In this document: piece after piece, positions 12,050 through 24,549 of the stretch
Layout: the number at the start of each line of letters is the position of its first letter
How positions within the stretch are numbered: the first letter of the stretch is position 1
From: Prorocentrum cordatum
Lineage: Eukaryota
Direction of reading: 5' to 3'
Assembly: GCA_963575745.1 (NCBI GenBank)
Contig: CAUYUJ010000001.1
Location: 1,612,001-1,676,000 of the forward strand
Length of the DNA: 64,000 bases
Made by a program: the position numbers and the translations under genes
Notes under the pieces: generated by a model
Databases searched by the model: none
What the model was told of the DNA's origin: nothing
What the model saw: the letters and a program-made list of their open reading frames with translations, nothing else

Positions 12050-12512
12050 GTGCACGCTTTTGTTGAAAACCCGTGTTGCCGAACCTTGTGTTTTTGTATG
12101 TTTTTTTGGACACGATTTTGGAATCCCCTCCGAAATCGAAGGTTTTTGAAGGATTTCGGCATACGCGCGGGACTTCGCGCGCGTCTGCAGTTCGTCCTAT
12201 TTGTTGCAAAGGATTCGCGACGGCACGCGCAAGGGCGTTCGACAGATTTCGACATGCGCGCGCGCGCGAAGCCCGTTTGGGAGCATTCTGTGAACATCTT
12301 GAAAAAACCTACGGTTTTCTTAAGATTTCCCAAGAGCTCGCGCGGAAGCCTTTTTTAGCAAATCAGTGTTGCGAAACCATGTGTTTTTGTATGTTTTCTG
12401 GAAACTCGATTTGGAAATCCTTCAGGCACCGAAGGTTTTTGAAGGATTTCGGCATGCGCGCGCGACGACGCGCTCGTGTGCACTTCGTCCTTTGTTTTGC
12501 GAGGGATTTGTG
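12050..12512 (+). repeat. Diverged direct duplication (about 160-bp core, about 290-bp spacing)
   Basis: TGTGTTTTTGTATGTTTT...CGAAGGTTTTTGAAGGATTTCGGCAT occurs at about 12087-12162 and again at about 12380-12455. Confidence 0.85.
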
Positions 12513-12638
12513 AAAAAGTGCTATGCTAGAGCACACAATGTCACCGCATAGTTTTTTTTAACAAGGGAACCTCAGGGAGGGGAAACCGGCCCAGCTGGGA
12601 TGGTACGATTTCGTATTCAGGATGGACGAGTGTGCAGA

Positions 12639-12687
<49 letters not shown>

Positions 12688-14392
12688 AAATTCTATTATC
12701 CCAGGGGAACCGATAAGTCCGGGGGGGGGGTAGAGCCGTTATTATTATTCTTATTATTAGCATTTAAATATTTATATTTATGTATGTATATATATATATA
12801 TAAACGGAGAATCGAGTGCGCGGCCTGCGGCGCGGTCGCGCGCGGCAGGGCCGCGGGCCTAGCGCGGGTGTGCCCTTGCTGGCCCGCCAGGCCGACCGAG
12901 GTCGATCGGGCGCGGCGCCGCCGTGCCGACCGCATCCCGCGGGGACTCCATCCCAGGGCGAGCCCGTCGCTGGAGTGAGCGGGGTTGCGAAATTATCGGG
13001 ATCATTTCGGTGGCAGTGCGTGGTCCTCGCCATCTGGTCCACCTCGCGCGACAGCCTCAGGAACGCTCAGGCGCCCTGCCAGAGCGACGCTGCAGATTGC
13101 GACTGCGTCACGGACAGCCCACACAACACGCGCGGTGTATATGTGCCACCGTTGAGCATCGCTTAACCGATCCCTATCCCCACTCGCGTGGCCTGGGCCC
13201 CACTTGCCGGTTTACGCCCCTAGATGGGGTATCGGCAATTTCTGCGGGCTGTAGGGGTTCCTGCGGGTGCCTAGGGCCGCTCGTCGGTGGGCGTCGACTG
13301 CAGGCTCATGGAAAGCCCGAAACGGTTGCTCTGAGCCGCCCAGGACCGCCTCAACGACTGATCCTGCTACCGCGCGCTCGGGGCGCGCCGTTTGCCGGAG
13401 ACTTTTCCGAGAGCTACCGTCGCCTCTCCGCCTCGTTCCTCCTCGTGCTCGTCCTCCTCCTCGTCCTCGGGCGCGTCTTCCTATTCATTGTGCTTCTGCT
13501 CCCCTCGCCGCCCTCCTCGTCATCCACGCTGGCGATCTACCTCGCGGAGCGGAAGCATCCTAGTTTTCCAACAGTTGTTGTCGAAACGTTCTTCCCAGCG
13601 CATTTTGCCATTATATGTTTTGCCAGCCCGCGACCAGTTGGCTGCAGCGCGACTTTCGTTCGCGGCAGCAGTTCCTTGTCATGGCAGTGCCCCGCGCCCA
13701 GCCGTGACGCGCGTGGCAGCGCGTCTCAGGAGATGGCAACGGTTCCAGTCTCTCCCGGCGGGACCACCACGATGCAGTTTCGCCGCGGTTTCACGTTGCG
13801 TTTGCTCTGCACTTCGATGCGTGCTCGTCGTGGCCATGTGCGCCCAGTCGCTGAGGGTAACGGAGCGTGTTGTTTCTTTCCCGGAGCTGTCATGGCAGGG
13901 GGCTTCGAGGCTTTGAGTGCGGCTTAGATGCTCGGGGATTGATTATTGGGCTTCCTTCTGCAGCCGTGCGATCAGCCAGTCTCTCCTCAGGTCCCCAATA
14001 AGGCGCGCGCGCGCCATCGAACATAGTGAGTTCCTCGTCGTCCACGTTGCCATCCTCGACATCCGCCGCAGTGTCGTCGCCATTATTCTTTTCGTCGCTC
14101 CGCCCTTCCAATGAACCACGTCGGCGCTTCCCGTTCTTCTCCGCCCAGGCTTCTGCCAAAACAACGGGCCACCACTGAGGGAGGTGTAACTGGTTCGGGT
14201 TCTATGCGCGTTTCCGCAGGCGCCTGGGCACGGCGCCTGGGCACGGCGCGGCACGGCGCGACGCGCGGGCGCGTTTCGCGGCACGGCCCGTCCCCCCCCC
14301 CATTCTTGGACAGCAGGCGCGGCACGGCACGCGGGCACGGACATTGCGCAGCCCACCAGCTTCGCATGTTGTGCCTCAGATGCGGCATTCTT

Positions 14393-14598
14393 TCGGGGGA
14401 GCGTAAGACCCGGGTTTGCCGGGACTCGGGTTCGCCATCATTTTTTGACGACCGCGACTCGGATTTTGACGAGGAGGAGTTTTGTGGGATGTCTGCAGCG
14501 GGAGGCCTCGTCAAAATGCAGGCTCGGCCTCGTCATTTTTTTGACGACCTCGTCGGGGATTTCCGAGTCCCCCGTACCCGGGTCTTACGTCTCCCCGA
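14393..14598. mobile_element. Fold-back MITE-like element
   Basis: TCGGGG(G)AGCGTAAGACCCGGGT..GGACTCGG pairs with CCGAGTCC..ACCCGGGTCTTACGTCTCCCCGA; there is an inner inverted repeat ATTTTGACGAGG/CCTCGTCAAAAT. Confidence 0.75.
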
Positions 14599-14738
14599 CT
14601 GGGCACGGCGCGGCACGGCGCGACGCGCGGGCGCGGCGCGGCACGGCCCGTCCCCCCGCATTTCTTGGACCGCAGGCACGGCACGGCACGCGGGCACGGA
14701 CATTGCGCAGCCCACCAGCTTCGCATGTTGTGCCTCAG

Positions 14739-14911
14739 CAAGGGCTCCCTCGAGGGCGCGAAGTTATTCGCGCTTCGCGCTTCGCGGTCCTCGTTCCTTC
14801 TCCCCCTCCTCCTCGTCCTCCTTTTCTCCCTTTGGGGGGGCGGCGCGAGGGCGCGAAGTTATTCGCGCTTCGCGCTTCGCGCAGCGCGAAGCGCGAAGTT
14901 GGGAGCCCTTG
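14739..14911. mobile_element. MITE family B, copy 1
   Basis: 11-bp TIR CAAGGGCTCCC/GGGAGCCCTTG. TTGTGCCTCAG is duplicated on both sides, and the paralogous empty site at about 14369-14379 has it once. Confidence 0.9.
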
Positions 14912-16724
14912 TTGTGCCTCAGATGCGGCATTCTTCGTCCAGGAACCTGGGGCACGGCGCAGCGCGCGGGCGCGACGCGGCGACGCGGCGCGCTTCTCCC
15001 GCGCCAGAGCTCGGGCACGGCACGCGGGCACGGGCACGGCGCAGCACGGCGCTCTGTCCGCATCTTCTCAGGCCGAGGCACGGCACCGCTGGGCGCGCGC
15101 GGCACGTGCTTTCGCAGAAAGTTGCGCACGGCTCTCGAGCATGGCACGGCTCATTCTCGTGTCCTAGAAATTTGGCACGGCGCGGCATGTTTATCGCATT
15201 CTAGAGCCGGCACAGGCACGGCACCTCACCTGGGCACGGCACGGCACGGTACATGTTTGCATGCTACAACCCAGGCGGGGCGCGACACGGCACATTCCTT
15301 GCGTTCTAGAGTTGAGGCACGGCGTGGCACGGCACGGACTTCTCTTCGCAGTCTCACAACTAGGCGTGGCATGCGGGCACATGCGGGCTTCTTACATGTA
15401 CCTCATATCCTTCTGCAGCGGTCGCTATCTATAGCGCAAATTTATCGGATCGGCGCTGGGCTCCTCTAGCGGTGGCGTTCCGGCCAGGGAGATATCCAGC
15501 CTCGATCCAGGAAAACCGCGTGGACCTCCGAACGTTGATGTTTGTTCAGTTGGTTCTTCTCCTGATGGATATCGTACGTGTGTTTACGACGCGAGCGTCC
15601 TGGACATGTGATGCATGCCATTTTAGGTACCTTTTAGGCGCTGGGACTGACCCCAGGCTGCAATTATTGCTCCCTCTCTCTTCGGCGACAGTATATCGCT
15701 TCTCGCCCCTGTAACTGATGTCCCGCCCCCAGGCTCCTCCGTGTGGGATCCCAGCAAAATCATAAAACATAATTCCAATCAGTCAGAGGGCGTTTCGGAG
15801 CGGAGCGCGCAAGCGCGCGGTGCTCCGGGCCCCGTCGTTGCGGCACGACGTGAAATTCAACGAACAACGAAGCAACACCCCAATCGGATTCGAGTGAGAG
15901 CCCAATTGGTTTGCAACATAAGCCCAGCAATACCCTGATCAATGTCGATCGGATGCTGACAGCGTTCGAAGAGGATCCCAGGTCCCAGTGGGGCTCCACC
16001 ATGGAACTCCCCCATAGAAGGTCTCCATTCCAGTCCCCCTAATTGACCCAACTGGCCGCCCTCCATTCTCATGGCTGGTGCAGAAAGTAGCCTCAACTCG
16101 CATTGCCTAGTTCTTGACGCTTCGCGTAACCTCACCAGTGCTCGCTTTGCTGGCGTCTGTCTAATTAGTACCTCGCGCGGCCCGCCCAGACTTTGACGCG
16201 CCGCTGTTGCGCTTTCGCCCGCGGCCGTTGACAACAAGTAACCCCGCCAGAACCGATGAGGCGAGCAGCCCTGATCAGGCTGGCCCACGCGGTGCTGGCC
16301 CACTTGATGTGTTCACAAGACTCGCACTCGACGACGGCGCTGGTGATTCACGTTCGGCCCCCGCCGGATCGTTGCCGAGCACTGTTTTGGCGAGGACAAA
16401 TTCGTCGGGGCGAAGGTCGCTGGGGACAAGCTCGCCGAGGATAAGCTTGCTGAGGGCCCCTCTTCGGCGCGCGGGCCTGGCCCTATTCCTGTTTCGGCTT
16501 CTTGCTCGCTGCGCGTGTGTTGCCCCGTCTCCGGCCGCTGCTTTTAAGGTCTCCGCTGGATCTTATTGACGGCGCGCGGCCCCTCCGCTTGCGCTCGCGA
16601 AAATAGCAGTAAGCCCACCAACCCATTCAGAAACGATGAGGCGAGCTGCCCTGATCAGGCATGCGGGGGAGCACGCAGTGGAATAATTGCCGGGAAGCCG
16701 TCATACCACAAAACGGGGAGGATA

Positions 16725-16783
16725 GCGGAGGAGCCAGAGGTGGAGGAGGAGCAGGAAGAGGAGGCGGAGGAGGAGGGGGAGGA

Positions 16784-16815
<32 letters not shown>

Positions 16816-17010
16816 GAGGAGGAGGAGGAGGGAGGAGGAGGAGGAGGAGGAGGAGGAGGAGGAGGAGGAGGAGGAGGAGCGGGGGAGGAAGGGGGGGGGG
16901 GGGCGGAGGAGGAGGAGGAGGAGGAGCAGGAGGAGGAGGAGGGGGAGGAGGCAGAACGGACGAGGGAGGAGGAAGAGGATTAGACGGATGAGGAAGTGGA
17001 AGAGAGGACC
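16725..17010 (+). repeat. (GGA)n microsatellite
   Basis: Seen directly. Confidence 0.95.
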
Positions 17011-17339
17011 GAGCAGAAAGGCCAGCGGCCTCTTGGATGTCTTTCAGACTCCCTTCGGGTCTCTTTTGAGAGGTTTTTGAAATCCAGTTGAGGCGTCATG
17101 GGGGCCTCTTGGCGGTCCCAAGGGGCCTCGTGGAGTGTTTTGGGTGCCTTGGGGGAGCCTCTTGGGGCCTCTTGGGGGTCTCTTGGGGGTATCATGGGGG
17201 CCTCTTTGGGCCACTTTGGGCCTATTGGGCGTTCCTTGGGGCCCTCCTGGATTTGTCCTGGGGCGCCCTTCGGAGCCCTTGGGGCCATCTTGGGGCCATC
17301 TAGGAGGAGATCGATCAAAGCGGGGGGGAGTCAATTAGA

Positions 17340-18530
17340 GTCTCCCCTCCCAGCCAGCCCGGCCCCCCCCTCTCCCCCCAGCCAGCGCGCCCCCTCCGCC
17401 CCGACTAGTTCATGTCGGCACTCGCGCACGGCGCCGCACAGCCCACCCTCCTCCCAGGCAGTCCAGCCCAGCCTGCGCGCCCCATCCGCTCCGACTGCTT
17501 TATTTTCGGAAGCGCGCACGGCACCGGCACCCCCCGCCCCCCTCCCAGCCAGCCTAGCTCCTCCTCCGGCGCGCCCCCTCCGCCTCGACCAGTTCATGTC
17601 GGCACGCATGCACGGCGCCAGCACCCACCCTCCTCCGACCCAGCTCAGCTCCTTTTTTACCTCCAGGCAGCGCGCCCCTTCCGCCCCGACCATTTTATTT
17701 CGACGCGCGGGCACGGCACCAGCGCCGCCCACCCCCCTCCCAGCCAGCACGCCCCTCCGCCCCGACCATTCATTATTTCGGCACGCGCGCGCACAGCACC
17801 AGGACCGCCCAACCCCCTCCCAGCCAGCCCAGCTCTCCCTTGCCCCCCAGCCGGCGCGCCCCCCCCCCCCCGACAATTTTAGTCTGGCGCGCGAACACGG
17901 CACCCGCACCGCTCACCCCCCTCCCAGCCAGCCAGTTCCCCCTATCCGCCCTGCCAGCGGGCCCCTCCCCCGTGACTATTTTTTGTCGGCACGCGCGCGC
18001 GGCCTTGGCGCCCCCCCTCAGCCAGCCCAGCTCCTCCTCCCCCCCAGCCAGCGCACCCCTTTCCCCCCGGCCACTCTATTTTGACACACGCGCACGGCAC
18101 TGGCACCGCCCACCCCCCTCCCAGCCAGCCCAGGTCCCTTTTTTCCTGAGCCAGCGCGCCGCATCCGCCCCGACCACTTTTCTCCGAACGCACGCATGGC
18201 ACCAGCCGCCCACCCTTCCCCCAGCAGCCAGCGCGCCCCCTCCGCCCCGACCAGTTATTCGGCACGCGTGCACGGCACCAGCACAGCCCACATCCATGTT
18301 AGCCAGCCCAGCGCCCGTCCATCCATCCAGCGCGCCCCTTCCGCCCCGACCGCTCAGGTCGGCACGCACGAAAGCGCCAGCACCGCCCACCGACCCCCAG
18401 CCAGTCCAGCTTCCCCTCTCCCCCCAGACAGTGCGCCCCTCCGCCCCAGCCGGCGCGCCCCGTCCCCCCCGACCTCTTTATTTCGGCACGCACGAAAGGC
18501 AGCAACACCGCCCACCACCCTCCCAGCTAG
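17340..18530 (+). repeat. About 120-bp C-rich diverged minisatellite (about 10 copies)
   Basis: Recurring CAGCGCGCCCCCTCCGCCCCGACC..TTATTTCGGCACGCGCGCACGGCACC..CCCTCCCAGCCAGCCCAG. Confidence 0.85.
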
Positions 18531-21499
18531 CATCAGTTTTGGCAGTCGCCGCGGGACTGGGGTGACCATCGTATCGAAGTTTTCGTTGTCGATTTTTTCG
18601 GCGCGTACCGTTCAATCCTTTAGGGCAGCCCAGCGTTGTCAAATTTGGCTCGGCGTTTGCACAACGACGGTGAGCGCACCGTAGAGACCTTCATGACACC
18701 CCCTCGTTGTCAAGATTGGCGTGGCGGTTGTACGACGAACGCGGGCACGGTGGTCCCGCGCATTTGGGTGTTCACATTCGTTATGGTGTTCGCATGTTGT
18801 TGGCTAGACGTAGGACTTGTGTAGGTCTTGGATAGATCTTTGGTAAGCCTTGGCTGGGTCGTCTGCGGGCCTTCACTGGGCTTTGGATTGGCCATTTATA
18901 AGCCCGCCCGGTAGGCCTGGGGCAGGTATTGGATAGGCCGTCGGGCTGACCTTGGGCAGGCTTGGGGGGTCGTGGGCAGGCATTGGGCAGTTTTGGGTTA
19001 GCATTGGGTTTGCTCCAGGTGGCCTTGGACGCTCTGGGTCGTCTACGCCTTGGGTAGGCGTAGAGTGCGTGAGGGGTGTGCCGAAATCAGGCCCCATTGA
19101 GCCGTCTTGAAAGGTAGCTGTTTCTGTAGTCACCGCCCCCCCCCCCCTCCCCAAAGACCAGATCTTGGCTGCTTGTGGCGGCTGCTTCAAGCGGGTGGAT
19201 TAAGTACTGGGGCCCGCCCCCCCCCACCTCCCCCCCCCGGTGGACACACGAGCTGCTGCTGCCCGCACTTGCGTTGTTTTCTCGAGGCGCCCCTTTGGAA
19301 ATTGTTCAAAGGGGTAGCCAGCTGTATTGGGATCATGGGGAATTCTTTTTGACCTGCGGCCAGTTATATTTGTCATTGTTGCACGCCGAGTGGAACACGT
19401 CCACCGCGTCGACAACGAATATACTTTGTCGCGTTGCATGCCGAGTGGGACTCGTCCACCGCGCCCGCAACAGCTCTTCTTCAGCTTGGAATGTGCTTCC
19501 ATTGGTCCACAAAAAAAGTGTGCGGAAAAGAGAGGAAGCGAGAGTGCTTGCTGGGATGAAAGTACAAGGTTCAGGTCGATTGAGGTTCATGGCATGCACC
19601 CATAGGGGGCATAGTGGCAGGGTGCCATGTGCTGATTGATCATGATTGATCGAAGTGTTTCTGCGCTCCGATGCTGCAAGTCCGAGACCGCCGTCACATC
19701 CTGCTAGAACCAAAGCGCGTAGCGCGCGCGCGTGGTTCTTATTTTTTACAAAAAAAATGAACCAGAAACCTACTCCTGGAGGCCCTGGGGCTGCAGCACA
19801 CCAGGGTCACCCAGAGTCACCAAAGGGCCTCCCTTCCCGGGGTCTCCCCTGAGCCTCCCCGGAGCTTCGGCAGAGGCCCCTCGGGACCCCCCAGAGTTTC
19901 CAGATAAGTTCCAAGGGAGTCCAAGACGGCCCAGGATGGCTTCCCAACAGCCCAAGGCGCCCCAAGTCGGCTCCAAGAGGACCCCCATGCAAGACGGCCC
20001 CAAGACGCGAAGACCGCACCATGACTTCAGGGAACCGTATGTATTTAGCATATTCGTGTTTAAGTTTTAGCAGCGTCCAAGACGGCTCAAAGAGGCCCTG
20101 GAGACCGCCCCAAGATGGCCGAAGAGGCGGGACTGAGGACTGGCGACGGCGACGACGACGACGCAGACGACGACAGCGTCTCACACGACGAAGGGTCGGC
20201 TGATTTTCGCCCTTTGTTGAAATATACCTTGCGGTTAAGTCTCGTAGTTTACTTTGAAGACTTGGCTGCTGTTGTCGTTGTTTGTTTCAGTACTAGTGGT
20301 TCCAAAAGAGTGTGCTGGGAGTGATCAGCTAGCCCAGCTCCCTTTCCTCCCTCCTCCCTCCCCTGCCCCTTCTCTCGAACATGAAGAAACGCCATAAACA
20401 TAACTTTGTGGCGCTTCGCTAAACAATATGTGGATGTATGACGTTTTTCCTTTTTCTATTCTTCCAGCCCCACCCGACCGCCGACCTCTGAAGTGGCCGG
20501 CGGTGCCCGGGGGGGTGGCAAGAGAGGTGAAGCTGCTAGTCGTCTACTTGCACAGCGACAACTCCCGCTACGCGCAGAGCTTCTGTTCCGAGGCTGCCCT
20601 CCGCACCTCCGCGCCGCCGAGGAGGAGGAGGAGGAGGAGGAGGAGGAGGAAGACCAGTGTAACCCCAAGATTGTTCAACGATATTGCAATAACCCTCCCT
20701 CCAAGCTCCCTGTTTACAGGCCCCATGCAAGGTTCATTTCACTAAGGGAAATGCCCCGTTGGAAGACAACCGTTTGAAAATCTTGAACTGGGCCAGGACA
20801 TCATCCCTGGGACATCAACGCCGCGAATCACCTTTATTGCTGCTTGTTGACGATCCTGAGCCGTGCCAGAACACCATTTTCTGATATTCCAACACGAGTC
20901 AACGTAATTTCTGCGCCCTGACCGTCCGACATCGTGCCTAAGCACATTTTTTGGAGGATGGTGCCCATGATAATCCTTGATTGCGTTGTGAATCTTCCAA
21001 ACGAATGTGCGCGGCGCAAAAGCGAGGCGCACATTTTGAAAATGAGCTGCCCTCTACCCGCGAAACTGTTGCAATGTGTTGAAATTAATGTGCGCGCCGC
21101 GAAAGCGGGAACCACATGTTGAAAACAACCCGCGTTCCATCCGCGAAATTCTTCCAAGCTTTAAGACGAATGTGCGCGGCGCTCGGGTGAGAGCAACATT
21201 TCCCGCCTTCCATCTACGAAGCTGTTGCCAGAACCATGAATGTGAAAATGCGAGAAAGTCCGGGCCTGCCCCTTTCGACGGGCTTCGGAGTGCGATTACT
21301 CAGAAGGAAAAGGAACAGAGGAGGAGGGGAGCAACCGCGCGCTCGAATTGGCCGCGCCTCACAGGGAGGCTGGCCAACGGCGGCGGTGCTCGCGCGTGCC
21401 GCGATATCTCGCGGCAGGGGGCCCTGGGTGCTTCCCTGCTCCCTGCCGCCAGACCCGCGGCCGCGCTCCGCGGCTGAGGCCGCGACTGCCGAGGCGCAG

Positions 21500-22858
21500 G
21501 CGCCTTGGGAATGCGAGAGCGCCCGGCGCAGGCGAGATCGCCAGTCCAAAGCGATAGCTCGCACTTTGCTGCGAGTTGCTGTCGCCAGGTCCCTGCTCCA
21601 GAACCACCAGTCGAGGCAGATGGCGTACCCGAAGCAGCAGTGGCAGTGCGCAGGGTGTGGCAGCGCTCGCCAATTAAATGCCGTTGTGGCATGACCTGGG
21701 TGCAGAACCAGCAGTTCTACAAACACTGGAACGCCCTGTAGCAGCAGCAACAGAAAGTAACCCAGGGCCGGCAGCATGCGGCAGCCATATCCAAACACAC
21801 GGAGCCAGTCGCACTTGGATCGGAGATTCTGTACATGGTTGAGGGTACATGCGTCGCGGACCTCAATATCGCTACAACGCATGCTAAATAGGATGCATCA
21901 CTCGCTGGTGCGTGACAGCGGCAAACATATAAGTTTCGTGTTCAGGTCTGAATGAAGCCGCTTGCTGAAGCTATTTGGTCCCATCAGAAGACGGCGCTCA
22001 ACTTACCGGGGGAGGTTACCGAGCTGGCCATGTTGAAGCCCGCCCTTGTCATGACCACGATGCCTGGGGATTGGATCAGTGACATTCTTGAGGGTTTGCA
22101 TCACCAATGATGAGTTGTGTTCAGCGAGGAAAAACGCCAGCAATTTGCAGTCTAAGGGAACCGGTCTTGATGATACCTCGATGAAGTATGCATTGTTGGC
22201 TGATGTTTTCCGTCGCGATAGTGTATACGGTGATGATGTTAGTCAACTTGAGGTACCCCGTGAAGAACTATTCCACGCCGCCCCACCGTGGCAAGAGAAG
22301 TGTACCAAGGCGGCGACGGTGGAGGAGGACCCTGGTCCGACGTGGCATTGGCAAGAGCTGTCAAGACCGATGGGTGTCAAGGATGCTCAGAGCCAGATCA
22401 AAGTGCTGCATGTACCGCCTCCTCCGCGGCCGCAGCCAAGGTCACCGTGCCGCGAACCGAGACCGTCGCCACTGGCTGTGGTTGATAAGACCAGGAAGAG
22501 GTGGAGCATGAGAAGTTGGCTCGTCAAGAGGCTCGTCAAAAGGTCGCTGCACGGGCGGGAGGGGGGGGGGGGGCTCGATACGTTGGCAGCTGATGCCAGG
22601 AGTCAAGCACGCGCAGCTCACCAACATGCCCAACGTGCCTCCGAGGAGTCAGCGGGCGCAGCAGCCAGTGCGTGGACAGCGGCGACTATTCCAGGAGATC
22701 TTGATGATCTACCCCAGCTTGTTGAGAAGGGCCGGCTTGCCCTCGAGGCCCTCAGCGCGCCTGCTGTAGACGGAGGGCCACTTGAGGGGGGAACGGCTAC
22801 GCGAAGTCCTGGGCCATCAAGGGCGCAGAGGACTGCGATGCTACAGACGGGCAGATGA
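21500..22858 (+). pseudogene. Disrupted ORF with an N-terminal zinc-ribbon-like motif, possibly a retroelement ORF1
   Basis: MAYPKQQWQCAGCGS is followed after a frameshift by KCRCGMTW, and then by a 259-codon ORF (22079-22858) of normal complexity. The family assignment is inference only. Confidence 0.35.
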
Positions 22859-23959
22859 CGCCGAAAAAGGCTTGCGGAATCTATTGCTGAGGAAATCCAT
22901 CATGTGGAGCTGCCCTTCAATATTTCCATGGCTTTTGCGATCGGCACACCTGGGCGCAGGCCTGCGCGATCCGATCCATGCGACGCAGCGGAGCTCGAAC
23001 CGTCAGCTGCAGAGGAGTCGACCGACGCCGTCACGCAGCGCGCCCAGAAGAGGCAGGAAGGTTTAGACGGGCAGCCAGTCCGCAAGGTCACAGGGAAGGG
23101 CGCTGGCGCATTGGCACCATTCGCCTGCGAGCCGCCCAGAGGGGGCCTCGAGTCGCGCAGAGGGGCGGCCCTGAGCCCGAGGGCTCGAGCCTGGAGGATC
23201 GCCCAGACCTCCAGCAGCTTCTCGTGATATGGGCGGCGCAGCGGGGCCTGATTCACGCTGGGTTCCTTCTTGAGGGCAGGGCCCGACGTGAAAAAGCAGT
23301 CATGCACGGTGGGAGTGCGGAGCGGTGCCATCTGGCGTTCGGCGCTCGGCGCGGGCTGCAAGGCATGCGAGGGGGTGCCGAGCTCGCCAATGGTCGCGAA
23401 CGTTGGCCGACCGATCCCCAGCGACGCGCCGCGCGAAGGCAGCGGTCCTCAGGCGAGCCGCGCGAATTCATCCGGTGCAAGCCCAGCATCCACGATGCCC
23501 GTTTTGACCCTTGGAGGGGGGGCGGGCAGGCAGCGCGGTCGCTCCGGTCGGAAGCTTTGTCCCATCGTCGGGGGTGGGGCCTCGCACCGCGGCCTCCCTG
23601 ACCCCTCCCTCGCGGGGCTCTGTGGCCCTGGGGCCGCTCTTTCCCATCGGGCGACTGCGGCTTGCCCGCCCGGGGCCCCCCGTCTTCGCCGCGCCGCCCC
23701 CTCGAGCGACGCCGCGCCCGCCCGCGGTCGTCGCCGACAGGGCGAAGAGTGGGGCTGGCCTGGGGAGGGGGCGGACATGCATTTTCCAAACCAAAGCGCT
23801 GCGTTGCTGGATTTCGGCTGCGCTTTGATTTTCGTTTTGGCATGGGGGCGCAGGGAAACAGCTAAAGCAAAACGATCAACGAAGCAAAAACAAAACGAAC
23901 AATCAAGGGCAGCAGCGTAGAATGGGGATTCCCCGTTGCAATGTCTCGGCGGAGAGCCG

Positions 23960-24475
23960 CGTCCTCGCCCTCCTTTTCCTCGCCCTCCTCCTCCTCTTCC
24001 TCCTCCCCCTCCTCCTCCTCCTCCCCCTCCTCCTCCTCCCCCTCCTCCTCCTCCTCCTCCTCCTCCTCCTCTTCTTCCTCCTCCTCCTCCTCCCCCTTCG
24101 CGACCTCCTGGCCCTCCATGGTCCTATCGAGCGATCGGGCCCCCTTCTCCATCGGCGCCTGCCCCTGCGCCCCCCTGGAAAATGACCGCCGCCACATCCC
24201 CCTCCACGTCGTCGTCGTCGTCTTCTCCCTCGTCCTCCTCCTCCTCCTCGTCCTCTGCCCGCTCTCTCTCGTCCTGTTCTTCTCCATCCTCCTCCCCCTC
24301 CTCCTCCTCTTCCTCGCGATCCCCCCTCCTTCCCTCCTTCCTCCTCTTCCCCTCCCTGCCTCCTCCCTCCCACCCTCTTCCCTCGCTCTTCCCCCCCCTT
24401 CTCCTCCCTCCCCCCCCCCCCCCCCCCCCCCTTCCTCCTCCTCCTCCCCCCCCCCATCCGCCCTCCTTCCTCTTC
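23960..24475 (+). repeat. (TCC)n / poly-C low-complexity tract
   Basis: Seen directly. Confidence 0.95.
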
Positions 24476-24549
24476 AGATCCTCTCCGGGAGGGCCGCGGG
24501 TGAGCGGGCGCCGAAAAGAGAGCGTGCACGCGAGGGCAAGGTGACCCGC

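Larger units (their letters stand above)
14225..15340 (+). repeat. GGCAC-rich tandem repeat region hosting two MITE insertions
   Basis: Near-identical units at about 14239-14390 and 14601-14738, with repeated GGCACGGC motifs continuing to about 15340. Confidence 0.8.

Noticed and set aside
16247..16660. Duplicated CGATGAGGCGAGC.GCCCTGATCAGGC as a hammerhead ribozyme
   Set aside because: It resembles CUGAUGA plus a short stem, but the required GAAA core is absent on both strands. It is only a short direct repeat.
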